Below are positions 1 to 14,071 of a stretch of DNA of 64,000 bases, piece by piece (the stretch's first letter is position 1; each line of letters starts with the position of its first letter). The position numbers and the translations under genes are program-made. The notes beneath the pieces are model-generated. The model saw only the letters and a list, made by a program, of their open reading frames with translations, was not told the DNA's origin and searched no databases. Source of the stretch: Tubulanus polymorphus (taxonomy: Eukaryota > Animalia > Nemertea); contig NC_134031.1 of the NCBI RefSeq assembly GCF_964204645.1, positions 13,193,807 through 13,257,806 on the forward strand. The letters are read 5' to 3'.

Positions 1-433
1 AATAACCACAGAAAGTTTATCTATTCATAGTAACAATTCCTTTTTCAATACGTAGGTAGAATGATTTTAGTTCAGTGAGATAAGCGTGCAACGTTGTCTG
101 TCAAGTACAGCAGGAGTAAAGACGTATCAATTTAACGTAATGTCAAAAATTAAATTATGGGATTGGATTCATTGACCAGACAAGGTGGCCAATGTTTTAG
201 CTCACACTACAGTGGCAGTATTGTATTGAGCAATGCTGTATTAATTAATTAAGAACTGGTACAAAAGCACTTTAAGCTTAAGATTAAGCTTCAGATCAAG
301 GCGCATTTCAGCAATAGACAAAATTTGAATATTTTCAAATATATGATGATTTAAAAGAAATTGTTACAGAAACTGTTATTAGGTGGTGTATGGTTATCAG
401 CGCCCCCTGGTTGTAGATGTAGTAAACATTTAC

Positions 434-3400
434 AGGTATTGGGCGGCTGTGGCTGATCATCAATAATTGCACGGTTGTCGATAGGGGTTGTAGCTGCGCC
501 TGCTACTGCTGATGCAACACTGCTACTAGTCGGTACACCTGGCTGCTGCATGTATTCCATGTTCGCTCCAGGGCTTGGATAGTAACCAACTACATAAGAA
601 ACAAGAGATAACATAACTTCACTAAATCAACACACAAAACATAAATTATTACAATTCGTTTTTACAAGCGGTTTCAATGTGTATACAATGATGCCATTTT
701 AAGAAAAATCATCAGATTTGATGTGTACAAAAAAAGAACCATTTTTATTTTACTTCGTTACCCAGGGACTAAGATCTGCGTAAACAAATCTGAAGACCAA
801 AATGATGTTCATCATTTGTGCTAAAATCATAGGAAAAGATATGCTGTGGCAATTATAGCCTTGTACTCACAAGCAATTCTCGAGCAACTGCCCGATTTGC
901 TTGGTGTCGAACGAAGAAAATCTGCAGCAACAGGAGACAGCGATTGCTCTATGTTAAAAGGATTCACTCCTCGTCGAGAAATTGCTCATCGATCGCTTGG
1001 AGTCGCCATGTGTGCGGTAGCTTGAGACGCCAAGCGACAAGCAACTCATCAACTAGCCTATGAGCACGTGCGAATAATCATGAGATACTTCCATATATGG
1101 CAACTTCTCATGCAGTAGCGCGCCATCTCAGCAAGTCACATGATACAGATCCTTGGTGGGAAAGATAATTGCCGTCGCCAGTGAGAGCACACAGGAGACG
1201 CCAAGCAAACGATTGCTCGACGGTTCCTTGCAGAACCGGCCTCTAAGAATCGCATCGTGCACACCTGCCTTATAAGAAGCTGGGCACATATGTGTTGAAA
1301 AAAGTGGTGGCCATGTTGAAGACCGGTGATTACCTATGTTTTAATTTCAGAAAACTTTGAAATTTCTGATACTTCATTATTCATTTGTCAATTTTTATGG
1401 AACATATGCCATTAAGTTGTGTTAGTTACAAAATGGATATTCACTGAAACTTAAATTCAATATTCAAGCAGCGCTAAAACAGGATGAATAAAATTTCAGC
1501 CCACGTTGACCTAGACACTTTTTCATTGGATGGAAACTGCAGTCACTAATGGTCACGCATCATGATTTATACAGAATTCAAAGCTGCTCGGGCTCAAAAT
1601 ATAAAATGGTTTTTACCTTTTTTAGAGACACACTTTACTGTACAAATCAATGAATGCTATTTGCCTAAGCAAGTCTGCAATCAACTGATTATGGAAACTC
1701 CAAATTTTTTAGACAAGCACTTGCTCCATGCACATTAATCATAAGATATAGAATAGTGGTTGTAATTGTGTTAAGTAACCCTAGACCAGACCATAGACTG
1801 GGTAACTTGTACGGTTGTCCAGTAGGCGCTACCTACAATGCTTAGGAAAAGGCATTTTCAGATATATCAATTATTTGGATGAATACATTTTTAAGAAAAT
1901 TGATATACATGTACCTATTATAAGATAACAAACGTTTTCACAATCAGAGCTTACTCTTACAACTAGGAAGCATAAATCTTAAACAACCCATGTTAGCATC
2001 ACAGTTTTATGTTTATAGTACAGTATTCAATATTATACAAGAGCCCAAAGGGGCACTATGGCCAGACTGTCGCATTCACTTTTCAAAAATGATGCAATCT
2101 ATGGGTTCAATTTGTCAAAATACTCTCCCCTCTCAATATCATTTACACAGTTAATTTACACTGACATGGAGTTGGCAGGAAGAAATACGTAGATCAATCT
2201 CATCCTTGACCTTCCTTCTTATAAATCTGAATGAGGAATAATTTAAAATGAATTTGGTGTGATTTTGTCCAAATTAGTAAAATTGACTTGGATTTTTATA
2301 TTTCTTTGAATAAAATTTGATTGAATTTGCAATTCAAGCACATGGCTTATTTGCTTATCATGGTCATCCATCGGTGGTGAGAAAGAGCTATTTTGCCCGA
2401 ACCTTGCGCAATTGCCAAGGATGCTTTTTCAGTAGTGCTAATAGAAATTCCTGCCAAAAAACAAATCAACTTAAGATGTCAGAGGAGTTGATATTGAAAC
2501 ACAATTTGAAAATCTAAAAGTAAAACCCAGGAAGAAAGACGCTCTAAATATTTGGATGGATATATGAAAGCTGTGGGTACTGGAGTGTGTAATGGGTAGT
2601 GTAGTGTGATCTGTGTGCATTTGTGGCCAGCACACAGATCACATTGTTCAATGGGGTTTGGTCCAGGACTTGCGAGATTTTCAACAACACGGAAGTAACG
2701 TGTAATAAATGATGACTTGAATTGCATGACTACCTACCACCCCCTCATTTTTGTTGGAAAACTGAACGTTCGGCACTGACTAACTAGGGGTCCAGGGACA
2801 CCATGCCCACTTGGGAAGTGGTTCCAAATGCTCAACAATCTAACAATTTCAATATTCAACGCCCCCTGGTGACCATATACAAAAACCAATGACCTTGAAA
2901 CTCACCAATATCATAGAACATGGCACCAGCTACGATTTTGTAATTGATTGTGATAACAAAATATGCCAATTTAATATGGAAATACTAAGTTATTCTACTA
3001 TTCAACGCCCCCTGGTGACCATATTCAAAACCCAATGACCTCGAAACTCACCACAATCATAGAACATGTCATGAACTACAACTTTGCAATTGATCATGGT
3101 AACAAAATATGCCTAGGTACCAATATAATAAGGAAATACTAAGTTATTCTACTATTCAACGCCCCCTGGTGACCATATAGAAAAACTAATGTCCTTAAAA
3201 CTCGCACCAATCATAGAAGTCATGAGCTACAACTTTCCAATTGATTGTGGTTACAAAATATGCATATACGAATATAATAAAGGTACGAATATAATAAAGA
3301 AATGCGAAGATATTGTATTATTGAACGCCTCCTGGTGGCCATATACGAAATCCAATTACCTTGAAACTCACCACAATCATAGAACACATTATGAGCTACA

Positions 3401-6400
3401 ACTTTCTAATTGATTGTGGTAGCAAAATACGCTTAGGTATCAATATAATGTGGAAAAACTTTTTCCCACTTACGAATGAGTACTGGTGACACCAAGATGG
3501 CCGCCAATTGCGTCATTATTGGCTGATGAAAAATACCTGTCTCAGGTATAAAACATCCCTTTCCAAAGAATACCCACAAATTGCAATGAGAAATGGCAAA
3601 CCAGTAGGAAGCTACAGGACTCAGGATTCGGGCCAAAATTAACATTTTTGGGCACTGAAAAGGTCATAGGACGGCCATCTTGATTCTGATCGACCTAATT
3701 TTTGTTATGCTGATGGGCCCTGGGGGGATTCACATATATCCGAAAGATCAAGCTAATTGATCAAAGCGTCTTCAAAATTTCCCTCAAAAAGTTCAAAAAT
3801 GTGTAAAAAGTGCTGATTTTGGCGAACAACAATGGCTGCCAGTCGGCCATCTTGATTCTGACAGGGCCAGTTTTTGGGCTGAAGATGGGTCTAGGGTAGA
3901 TACATGTGTAACCCAAATATCAAGACGTTACCTTGAAGCGTCTTCAAAACTTCCCAAAATAACTGGATTCCGTCTACGGATGGACGGACGACGGACGAAA
4001 AGTGAACGCAATAGCCCGCTGGGACTAAAGTCCCAAGTGGGCTAAAAATTAGTAATAACATTTTAGAAATGGCCAGAATTTTAACTTAGGTTCTATCTCA
4101 TTTTTATTTTACAATTGCGATTGGTATAACTTTTCTTTAAACGGCCGTTAAGGCTTCATGTTTCGTCCGCAATTCACTGCAAATAGTTACGCAACTACGC
4201 ACATTTCAGTGTTTATTGGCAGCTGTACACTCAATCGGCACCGTTCGTGACTAGCTTCACTGCGGAATTATCATTAATTAACATCGCCATATCACATCAA
4301 CTTATATTGTGCCTTAAAACCCTAACTGCCGAAATAATTGAAATGCACACATGATTTCTATCATTGAAAATTGAGAGAGTGGCCATGTTTGTGTTTGCTG
4401 CTTCGTCGTGTAAATCCCGCGCAGTGGCGCAACCACACGGAGTGGGGCCGATACATCCAGAAGTAAAAGAGTAGCTCACATACTTCAGCCAATAATAGAG
4501 GAGACTTTGCATTCTGATTGGCTTTCTATAATTCTTCTAATTCACTCCATTTGTAATAGGCTCAGAAAACCTGTGTTCTAATAAAGTTCCAATAATTAAT
4601 ATGTCAATCAGTCAAATGATCAGTTAATTTATACGCTCGCATAGTTAGTGATAATAGAGGCAACCTGAGCACAGCACTCACTTTTGCCTATAATAGGGTC
4701 ACCTATAGATGTCACTTCCTTGCAGTTAATATAATGTACCTGCTTGCTCACCAGCAACTCGTCACTATGATTCCTAAATGATTTTACAGCATGTTCTTAT
4801 CTATAAAACCCTTCGCCTAAGACTGGCATCATTGTATATACTTATAACAGCAATAAGCATCAAAATACATGGCCACAATTATTTCACACAACACTAGTTT
4901 ATGTTATTCATATTGATATCAAATCATAGACCAAACAATATATACGTAAGGAAACATAAATTCATTCAGTTGCATTGAATCATTTCGATTATATTTTCTG
5001 CCTTTGAAATGTGTTATTAGACATAGCCTATATATAAAGGTTTCCATAATACATTGGAAAATATATATATTTAACAATTTGAAAGTGCCTAGATGGTGGA
5101 GTGGAGGACATGCTGTTAAATCTTCCAAATTACAATAACGATGACATTTAAAGAACAAAATAGGCCCTTAACTTATATTATCATCATTAAAAGATCAACG
5201 CATAATGACTTAACCCTTTGGCCACTAAGCCCATCTGATATCTGAGTTTAGTAGAATGCTAGGCCTACATGAATAAGATCATTGACCCACCTTTTTCACA
5301 ATTTAAGTTGCATAGTGTCAATAGGTGAAAAAAAAAAGTTTAGACACAATGCGCAATTGCTAATTTGTGAAACGCTCAATAAAATAAAATGATTTCAATT
5401 CTCAACGCCCCATGGAAATATAACAATGACCTTGCACTAATATGTCAAGCTAAGGGTTATGTTCAATTTTTGAGAAAAGTAATGACTACAAAACTGAGAG
5501 TAAGAGAAGAGCGCCACAGGGCACAAAGGCCATTTTCTCATACAAAATAGACATGTTCAGCTCTTACGATCTCATCAGCAACCAGTTTTAGCGGTATAAG
5601 AGCGGTTTAGATCAGTAGTTGATTGTCATTGGATTGATTACCAATTTTTAGGTAAACCACAGAGTCCTGCGATTTGAATACAACAGAAAACCAGATTTTT
5701 AGGTCTAGAAATTTTACTAATACAAGAGAATTTTTCGTACCTATTGGTTTAAATATCAAGACTATATATAAGTTGAAATCTTTTTTCTACTCAAATCTGA
5801 CAAGACTAAGATGGTGACTACCAATCTGAAAATCTGTTAGATTCCACCCCAGAATATACCCATCTCAAGGTACAATTTAATTATAGATACGGGAAGCAAA
5901 AATTACCATTATCATTTTACTTATAGGTGACTGGTCAGCCATCATGAATCTGAACAATCGAACTTTTGTTCTCATGATGCGACCTCTGGGAATGTGCACT
6001 CTTCAAAAAATTCTTTCAAAAGATTAGTTTTGTACAACTCTTTTCAAGATATGAAAATGCATATCAACGTTATTTAGATTTTCATATGTAAGTCAACTGA
6101 AAACTTTCCAAAACAACAGTTTAGCACTGGCCTTTACATCTTTAAATGAAAGGCAATGGCCTTTACATCTTTAAATGAAAGGACAGTGCTACTGGAAACA
6201 GTTCGTTAATAGCTTCGATGACAGCGGCATAAACATAAAAACATTGATATAATCAGTGTTATATTTTTGCAGGTTGGACATAATTTAAGCAAATAGGAAA
6301 AAAGCATGCGGAAGACATTCAGCAATTAGGAACAGGTTTCAATAAGAAAAAAGTTTGTCATCATGAAGATAAATGAAACAATCACACACAATACATAGAA

Positions 6401-9400
6401 CTGTGTGGAGAGCTACACGTTCCTGTCATTGAGCAGGTTTTTTTATTTTAAATAGTTTGTTTGGTAATCAATGCTGACAACTTACAAGACTGAGGAAAGA
6501 GATTCCCCCTCGTGCTGTCATCAAGCATACCATACATATCTACAAAAAGTATGCCAACAGTTACATACATATTGTTGTTTGTGTTTAATGCGAAAACCTT
6601 TCAATAGAATTTCATCAATTTCATCTATTACCACAACTATATTTGATTAATTCCTTTTGCCTACATTCAGTAATCTTTAAATTATCGAATTTTGGTTGTT
6701 TGGCCAAGAATGACCAATTATCTGGACCATTATGTTTTACCAGGGTATTCAAATCAACCAGCCTGAGTTAAGGAAACTGGTGCTTAGCGATTGTGCATAC
6801 TATCATAATGATACATACTATACGGCCTAGCCTGGTAGAACTGCTAGGCACTTTCCATACAAATGATCAACACTTGACAACATAATATCCAGTTTGACAC
6901 CAACATATTTTTAGTTTGTTTTCTTATTGAATTGATAGATGGCAGCACTGAATAGTTATTCTCGGGGGGGGGGGGGCAATAAACAACTACGAGATTTAAA
7001 TAGTACTCTGCTGTACTGATTTGACCATCATCAGTATCAGCTGCTGGGGACCCTCAGAAATCATAGGCTCAGCAATAAGTGCTTCAGTGGAACTTCTTAA
7101 CTCAATTAGGATAACCAAATTACATAAAGTAAAACTGCTCTCAATCTAAAACTGAGTTCTTCTAATATCTCAAGTTATCGGTTAATATTTACTATCAGCA
7201 TTACTCAGTCTATGCAATGGAAAGGGATAACGAATGAGCTGATAAGATTATCAATGGAACCACCCTTCATCACAAACATGTTAAAATCAAAATATGGCAT
7301 CACAAGCCCATTTAGAAAATAAGAAGACATGCTATGTAAACTGTAAATAAATGAAGAGGACAGTGATGTGATCAAAATGGCTGATCAGTGGCTTCCAGTA
7401 TGATACTGCCACTTCAGAAAGGGATAGGGACCATTCATTTATTATGTACGCACGAATGGGGAATAAGGGAGTCAGTCCAAATGAATATCGACCTATACAG
7501 GGGGAAGAGGTGATAGTGGATGAACTAGAATCACTTTTTTTGAAAGGCCGATCACCACAGCCATATTGGTGCACAAAAGTCAAGGGATATTCCGATATGA
7601 CATCAGGCAAGAAAATAATAATATTTTGTACAGAATTCCTTCAATTTCTTTTTCCAGAAATAAATTCATTCTTTCTTTTAACAAACTCAGGAAAACACAA
7701 CAAATTTCAGACTGACTGAGCAAGTCACAAAGCTATCTCATGTCAAATAACATAGAAAAGTGGGAAAATGAAGTGCAAGTCGAACCACTGAAACATCGTG
7801 GTCAGCGTTGCTACGCAACCCAACCGCAAAAATGTAATACCAATGACCTATCTTTTTGTTTCAACGCGCATCAGTGAATTACATTTATCAGCTTTTGAAT
7901 ACACGTTTTGATAAAACACAATTAACCCTTTCCGAGGTACTCCTGACCAAGTTGGGAATGTTATTTAGACCAAAAGTGAATCCAAACTATGGTCAGGTAT
8001 TCATTTGGTTGACTTTAAGTTAAGCCCCTAGGAAGTGGTGACCTCTACCAACAAATAATGGACCCAGCAGCTGTAGCGTTGCTGGACAGCAAAGGACTAT
8101 AATCCACTGCTATACAGCGCCTGTGAGACGGCATCAAATGATCCTCGGATAAACTCCTTAAAAACACTTAAGGACTAGTTAAGTGATAGAGAGGATTTAG
8201 TGGAATTTAGAAACCCTGTCTAATCAACGCGGACACAGGGAAAATGACTCTTGAAGACTCAGTGACCTCTGACTAACAGATATTTTTCTAATTGAAAACC
8301 AAAAATTTAGTATGGAGGCAGAATGTACGAAAGATTTTAAGTACTAGTATGAGGGGAGGAAATTGAGATTTATGCGTCTGTAATAAATGGATGAATTCAG
8401 CTCCCTATGCCACCAGTGGTCCTAAATAGATGTAAAATTTTCGATACATGGCCACTTATTAGAAAACCTACACTATTGCAGCCTTGGACCCAATACTTTA
8501 TCAACATTCTCACACTTTTTGATCTTCAAAATTCCACATGTTCGCGCATTTTTTTATCAAAGATGGCCGATCCAAGCTGCAGCTTGTTATCTCCATAAAA
8601 TGACTCAACAAAAAAATTATAAAATCAATCGAGTGATGCAAGAAATTCCAACCAATCAGACGCTGTATATTTACATATACAGACTACAATTCACACTCAC
8701 CTGAAGCAGCAGCTGGATTCATCGGATACGGTGAAGAGACTGGGGGCATTGGGCTGAACTGGTTAGCTTGATTGGCATTCATCGCATACTGTTGGGGGAC
8801 ACCAGCACGCTGATACTGCTGAAATGGATCAAACTGTAAAATTTTCAGTTATAAATGAAGATCCAACATCATTTATAGATTTGATACCTCTCTACAGTTT
8901 CATTATTCAGTTTTGAAATGAAAAAAATTAGTAAGAAACAAGGGGTCTCAGACATGATGCATACAGTGGAATGCTTAACAATTTCAATTTTCAATGCCCC
9001 TCATGAATAATTTATTTGGAAGTCGTTGACGTAGAAAAGGCTTCTAACAAATTATTGAACAAAAAAAACTAGGGGTCCAGGTACACCATGCCCACTTGGG
9101 TAGTGGTTTCGAATGCTCATGAATCTAACAATTTCAATATTCAACGCCCCTGGTGACCATATACAAAACCCAATAACCTTGTAACTTACCATAATCATAG
9201 AACATGTCATGAGCTACAACTTTGCAATTGATTGTGGTAACAAAATATGTATTGGTTCAAATATAATATAGAAATACTAAGATATTGTATTATTCAACGC
9301 TCCTGGTGGCCATTTACAAAAAAACCAATGAACTTGAAACTCAACACAATCATAGAACACGTTATAAGCTACAACTTTCTTATTCATTGTTGTAACAAAA

Positions 9401-12400
9401 TATGCTTAGGTATCAAGTCGAAAAACTTTTTCCCACCTACTAATGACACCAAGATGGCCGCCAATTGCATCATTATTGGCTGATCAAAAATACCTGTCTC
9501 GGGTATAAAACATCCCTTTCCAAAGAAAACCCATCAGCAATTGCAATGAGAAATGGCAAACCAGTAGGAAGCTACAGGACTCAGAATTCGGGCCAAAATT
9601 AACATTTTTGGGCACTTAAAAGGTCCTAGGACGACCATCTTGAGTCCGATCGACCCAATTTTTGTTATGCTGATGGGCCCTGGGAGGGTAGGGGGTTCAA
9701 ATATATACCAAAGATCAGGGTGTCTTCAAAATTTCCCTCAAAAAGTTCAAAAACGTGTAAAAAGTGCTGATTTTGGCAACCAACAATGGCTGCCAGTCTT
9801 GATTCTGACAGGGACAGTTTTTGGGCTGAAGATGTGTCTAGGGTAGATACTCCATGAAATGAAGAGCCCCAAGTCATTGGAGATAAAATGTACCAGTACA
9901 GGATTTATATGAAATACACAAAGGTTTCATATGAAATATATAGTATATATATGAAATATCTAGGAATTTTCCATGAAATTGTAGGACTTGATGCCTCATG
10001 CGTCAGGCCTGTTGGAAGCAAAAGATAGGTGGGTTGGGCCAATAACTACAATATGAAGGGCATCAGGGGAGATTTTTCAATTCTTTATGCCAAGAAACGT
10101 CCTTTCGTGGGCGACTTTTCAATTTTCCAAATGGAAATGAACAGATATCATCATACTACAGTCTACATTTTAGTGGTGACTGGTTGATTAAAAGGTGATT
10201 CCCGAGGGAAATTACGAAATGTAAATGAGATTCCCAAATATTTCCCTGATTTGAGGAAAATTGTTCAAATTCCCAAATATTTCCAAACCGGGAATTATCA
10301 TTTCAAAATTTCCAAGTTTTTCCCAATTTCTCTGTTCTGTGGGAACCATGAATTACATCTCTAGGCATGCCAGAATGGAATTCTCCCCTGCAAAACAAGT
10401 GGTTGACATAAATCTATTCAGAATTTTCCAAACAAACTTAGTCTACAATGTTTATCGTCTGAAACAACAAATATTTGTAGTGGTATTCTATATCTAGATT
10501 CTATTCTAGCGATAAGCGGTCATCTGGATCTGAGCAGAAATATTTGTTTTTGAAAAATCTTTGGTGACTACATGTGTGTCTAGGGTAGATACATGTGTAA
10601 ATCAATATAAAGGTAATCTATCGAAAAAACCTCTTCGTTACTACCAAATAAGACTATTCAATGGATACATGAAAGATAGATGAAGAAAAATTAGCGCAAG
10701 AGCCCATTCAAGTGAAGGGATACAGATGATTATTTAAGATGGTAGTAATATGCAATAATCCCCAAATTTTCAAAATTAAATAGGTAAATGTCCCAAACGT
10801 TCCAATTCTATTCATATCCCCAACTTTCCAATTCTATTCATTTGCAATGAAACTGCAATATGCTGACTGGAAGCGGTTGGTGATAACATGTTTTAACTTC
10901 TTGCACTCCAACCGGTGGAGGATTATTGCCATACTTAGAAGATTTGGGGATTTGTACCACTAACCGATTGAGATGAATTAACTAGGGTTCCAGGGACACC
11001 ATACCCACTTGGAAGTTTGAAATGCAAAAAAATCTGACAATTTCAACATTAGACACGTATGAGTCCCCTGATGAACATATACAGAAACCAATGCCCCTGA
11101 AACTCACCACAATCATACATAGAACATGTCATGAGCTATAATATTTTACAATTGATTGCGGTAACAAAATATGCCTAGTAGGAACCCAGAGTTCGATCTA
11201 ACGAATTAAAGTCACTCGCCTGTGGGGCAAGTATATCTAAAATTTCGCTTGCCCCCTCAAATATCAACTTGCCCTATATAGCGCGAAAAAAGCTCAGAGA
11301 CAAAATTGCACTAGCCCGGTGGACAAGTGATAATGCTAACCTACTTGCCCTAATGAAAATATACTTGTCCTGGGCAATCGGACAAGTGCTTAGATCTGAC
11401 CTTGGGTACCAATATAACATGAGAATGCCGAGTTATTGTGTTAACTAGTTTCTGACCTGGGGACATGACTATCTCTTGTCGTATGTCGATGAACTCTTGA
11501 TTCGACCCATTATGAATGTGTTGGTAGAGTCCGAGTTACGAGTACATATTCCGTCTGTGTACAATAACCATTTTGAATATATTTTGTGGCCATATTCAGC
11601 CGAAGCATTTTCAAAACCTCCCGAAATAACTGGAATCCATCAATGGACGGATGGACGAACAATCGATGAAAAGTGAAAGCAGTAGCCCTAAAAGTCCCAA
11701 GTGGGTTAAAATTGATCAACCAGCAGGCTATCTTGATTCTGATCATTGCGTCTAGAGCACAAGAGCAAATGCCAACAGGGCTGCCAACTTTTGAAAAGTG
11801 CTATCAGTAACTAATTGAAATTTTTCCAGTAACATTTCAAAGAAACGTGAAAGAAAACATTCAAATTAATCAGTAATCTTAAGTAAGACCTTCAGTAAGA
11901 TCTCAGCAATAGTATGCATCAAACAGATGAAATCATTTCTCATAAGCCAATACTGAAAATCAGGAACAGTTGGGAGCTCTTCGCACGTATCAAGACAATG
12001 CAAGTGTTATAGGTCAAAATGGAAAGGATACACTCATTTCTTTCCTTAAGTCAAAGTGTCTTCAAAAACGTTTTTTATTCTAACACTCATTGTAATGATA
12101 AATGAACCAGCTTGATAGAGGATAACACAAAGAGCTATAGATACCTGGACCTGAATGCTTGGTACCTGTATTTGCCATGGTTGTTGCGCATGTATCTGGT
12201 ATGTTGGTACACTAGAGTACATCGGGTGAACAGCGGGGGTGTTCCCCATCATACGTTGACGTGGTGGCATTCCTTGAGGGGTGTTCTGCCTTTGCTGTGG
12301 GGGAAAGAAAGGCTGAAATTCAACCAAAAAAAATCTAGTAATTAATTCATCACTCTAAATGTTCAATCTCTATGCCTAGGTAAGGTTTTATTTTGATTAA

Positions 12401-14071
12401 TGTTCCATTATCTGCTCATGTGCGATCATGACCGTGGTTGCGCTTGTAGGATTCATGCTGAATGAAATCCAATTGAATATAAATATAACTCTTCTGCTAA
12501 AGAAGTCATTTTCAATTCAATTTCTGGACCTGCAACGTCAAGATTTAATGAAATGAATTATAAAAATGTATGATGATACCTAATACTTCATTAAGTTACC
12601 AAAACTCAAGCTGTACCATTGAAGGCAGCTAAATCCCAGTACAAGATCTACAAATGCGACGACTATTACTGTACAAGTGCCTGTTCACAATGAGTGACCC
12701 GATGTAATGATTTAGGTATCACTTATTACATTTTTAATTCTGAAATAATTATATTTGAAAACAAGAGGACCATAGATCTTGAGATCTCGTCTAGAAAAAT
12801 GAGTTTCAGACAATCTGTGAAAATATACAAGGGCCCCAAGGGCAGACTGGCAGTCAACGTTGCTTAAGTTAGTACAATTGTCTTGAGATCATTTTTCTGA
12901 AACGTCACATATCATTAAGCGGGCTGCATACTAGCGTTCTATATTAAATTCTGCGGCAATGGCGGGGAATTAGGCACACGCTCAAGCGAACTTGCTGCAC
13001 TGTGTCAAAAATACCAAACATGTTAGATAACGGCGTCAAAACACCTAAAAATTTCATGCGCACACTAGGTGATTTTGATGGCGGCGTCGTTGTTGCGGCG
13101 GCACCCGCTAATGTGTGTGTCAGGGATGAAAACGGCCCATATTGAAAAGTCGGAAAATATTTTCAAAAAAAAAAAAAGAATTTTTTTGGGGAACAAAAAT
13201 CAGTAACTTTTAGCCAAAAAACTTACTTCCTTTTGGTCAAAACGTTAATAGTTTGGGCCTGAATAAGAGCCGCTTTTTGAATGAGACGCCATATTGTTTT
13301 CTCCGACTCCACAGTTGTGCTAACAACTGCCGAAAACCGTCTTAAGGAGCACTTCTAACTACGGAGCGCTCCGATGTGACGCCCGCGATTGAGGTGATTT
13401 ACTCTGTTCTCAGGAATAAAGAAAATGTTAGAAAAGGTTGGAAATCCGTCTATGGTCAGAAGATTTTCATCCCTGGTGTGTGTGGGGGGGTTAACATTTA
13501 TTTCAATCCTTTTGGGAATGTCAATGCTAGTAGATTGCTTACCTCCTTTATCTACCACAAAATTATATCATGAAAAAAACTGTTTCAATTCTTAATTGAA
13601 AAATATTGCAATGTTATGTTGTAGGGAATGAAGAGAAACATTCTTTCACTAATTTACTGGATATAACGAACTATCAGTTATAACGAGCATATTTTTAGGT
13701 CCAATGACGAGGGTTCCACATGGGTTTTCTGAGGTCAAAATTCTTCAAAATATCAGAATGTGAGATTACTTCTGGGTTTGCATTCTCGAGAATTGGCAGT
13801 TGGCATGCGTTAAGAACTACGGATGGTTCACGCGCAGACATACAAAAAATAATTTTAATACGTGGTCGAGCGGTGGACTAGTCGCCTACAGCAAGTTAAG
13901 GGTTAAAATTGAAGCAATTCTCCATTTATATAACACCCTGGCACAGTTACATATAAAAGGCTTCACTTCTCTTACCTGGTTACCACCTCGTTGATGATTG
14001 GGATACATGATTTGATTGGTTGACCCAGAATTGGGAACCGACGTGTTCAAGGTATACAATCTGTTGTTCAT
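434..14071 (-). CDS. Spliced gene, 3' end beyond the left edge; P/Q/Y/M-rich low-complexity N-terminus, product uncertain (weakly eIF4G-N-terminus-like)
   Basis: Four phase-compatible GT-AG exons: 14071-13976 (MNNRLY...RGGNQ, phase 0), 12312-12166 (or to 12151/12145; PFFPPQQRQ...PWQIQ, phase 0), 8833-8701 (FDPFQQYQR...PAAAS, phase 1), 589-434 (VGYYPSPG...PQPPNT, phase 1). Acceptors are pyrimidine-rich and the frame stays open across all junctions. No folded domain within the window. Confidence 0.75.
2522..4440 (+). repeat. Dispersed repeat (host of the HINE); second copy inverted at 49612-50269
   Basis: 2522-2781 plus 4044-4440 align almost base for base to the reverse complement of 49612-50269; both carry the incidental MQFKSSFITRYF... 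ORF. Confidence 0.85.
2782..4048 (-). mobile_element. Helentron-associated non-autonomous element (HINE/DINE-1-like), full length, 4 internal ~150-bp repeats
   Basis: On the minus strand: T-run, subTIR plus inverted repeat GCCCACTTGGGAC-TTTA-GTCCCAGCGGGC, (CCGT)n microsatellite, tandem core units (starting about 2857, 3003, 3157, 3324), second subTIR TCCCAAGTGGGC, CTAGTT end. Inserted in a T/A-run with no TSD. Confidence 0.8.
9068..9850 (-). mobile_element. HINE copy, truncated, 2 core repeats
   Basis: Begins AACTAGGGGTCCAGGTACACCATGCCCACTTGGG; colinear with 2782-3905. Confidence 0.75.
10980..11711 (-). mobile_element. Diverged, internally deleted HINE copy containing a ~220-bp MITE (~11187-11404)
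   Basis: Same two termini as 2782-4048. The insert has imperfect TIRs (CAGAGTTCGATCTAA...TTAGATCTGACCTTG) and CTTGCCC-type subterminal repeats. Confidence 0.6.
13121..13450 (+). repeat. Dispersed hAT-like MITE end; second copy at ~16082-16370
   Basis: CAGGGATGAAAACGGCCCATATTG...CTTAAGGAGCACT...CTACGGAGCGCTCCG shared by both loci. Confidence 0.6.

Noticed and set aside
351-614. ORF as a stand-alone 87-aa gene
   Set aside because: Only 589-434 is exon; the flanks are intron read-through.
857-1272. GC-rich MITE-like segment with internal CGATTGCTC / GAGACGCCAAGC repeats
   Set aside because: Likely a decayed transposon, but TIRs and TSD are too degenerate to define.
2479-2727. ORF MQFKSSFITRYF..., duplicated at 50066-50410
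   Set aside because: It lies in a dispersed repeat; the shared translation follows from DNA identity, the C-termini diverge, and no domain is recognisable.
7195-7275. Possible intronic C/D snoRNA on the minus strand (GUGAUGA...CUGA, with a partial 18S-complementary CTCATTCGTTATC)
   Set aside because: No terminal stem; the antisense stretch is mismatched and not adjacent to a D/D' box. Candidates at 6253-6363 (minus) and 26672-26753 (plus) fail likewise. snoScan would settle it.
8049-8120. GC-richer candidate extra exon of the left gene
   Set aside because: The available acceptor/donor pairs give a stop or a phase mismatch; no support without transcripts.
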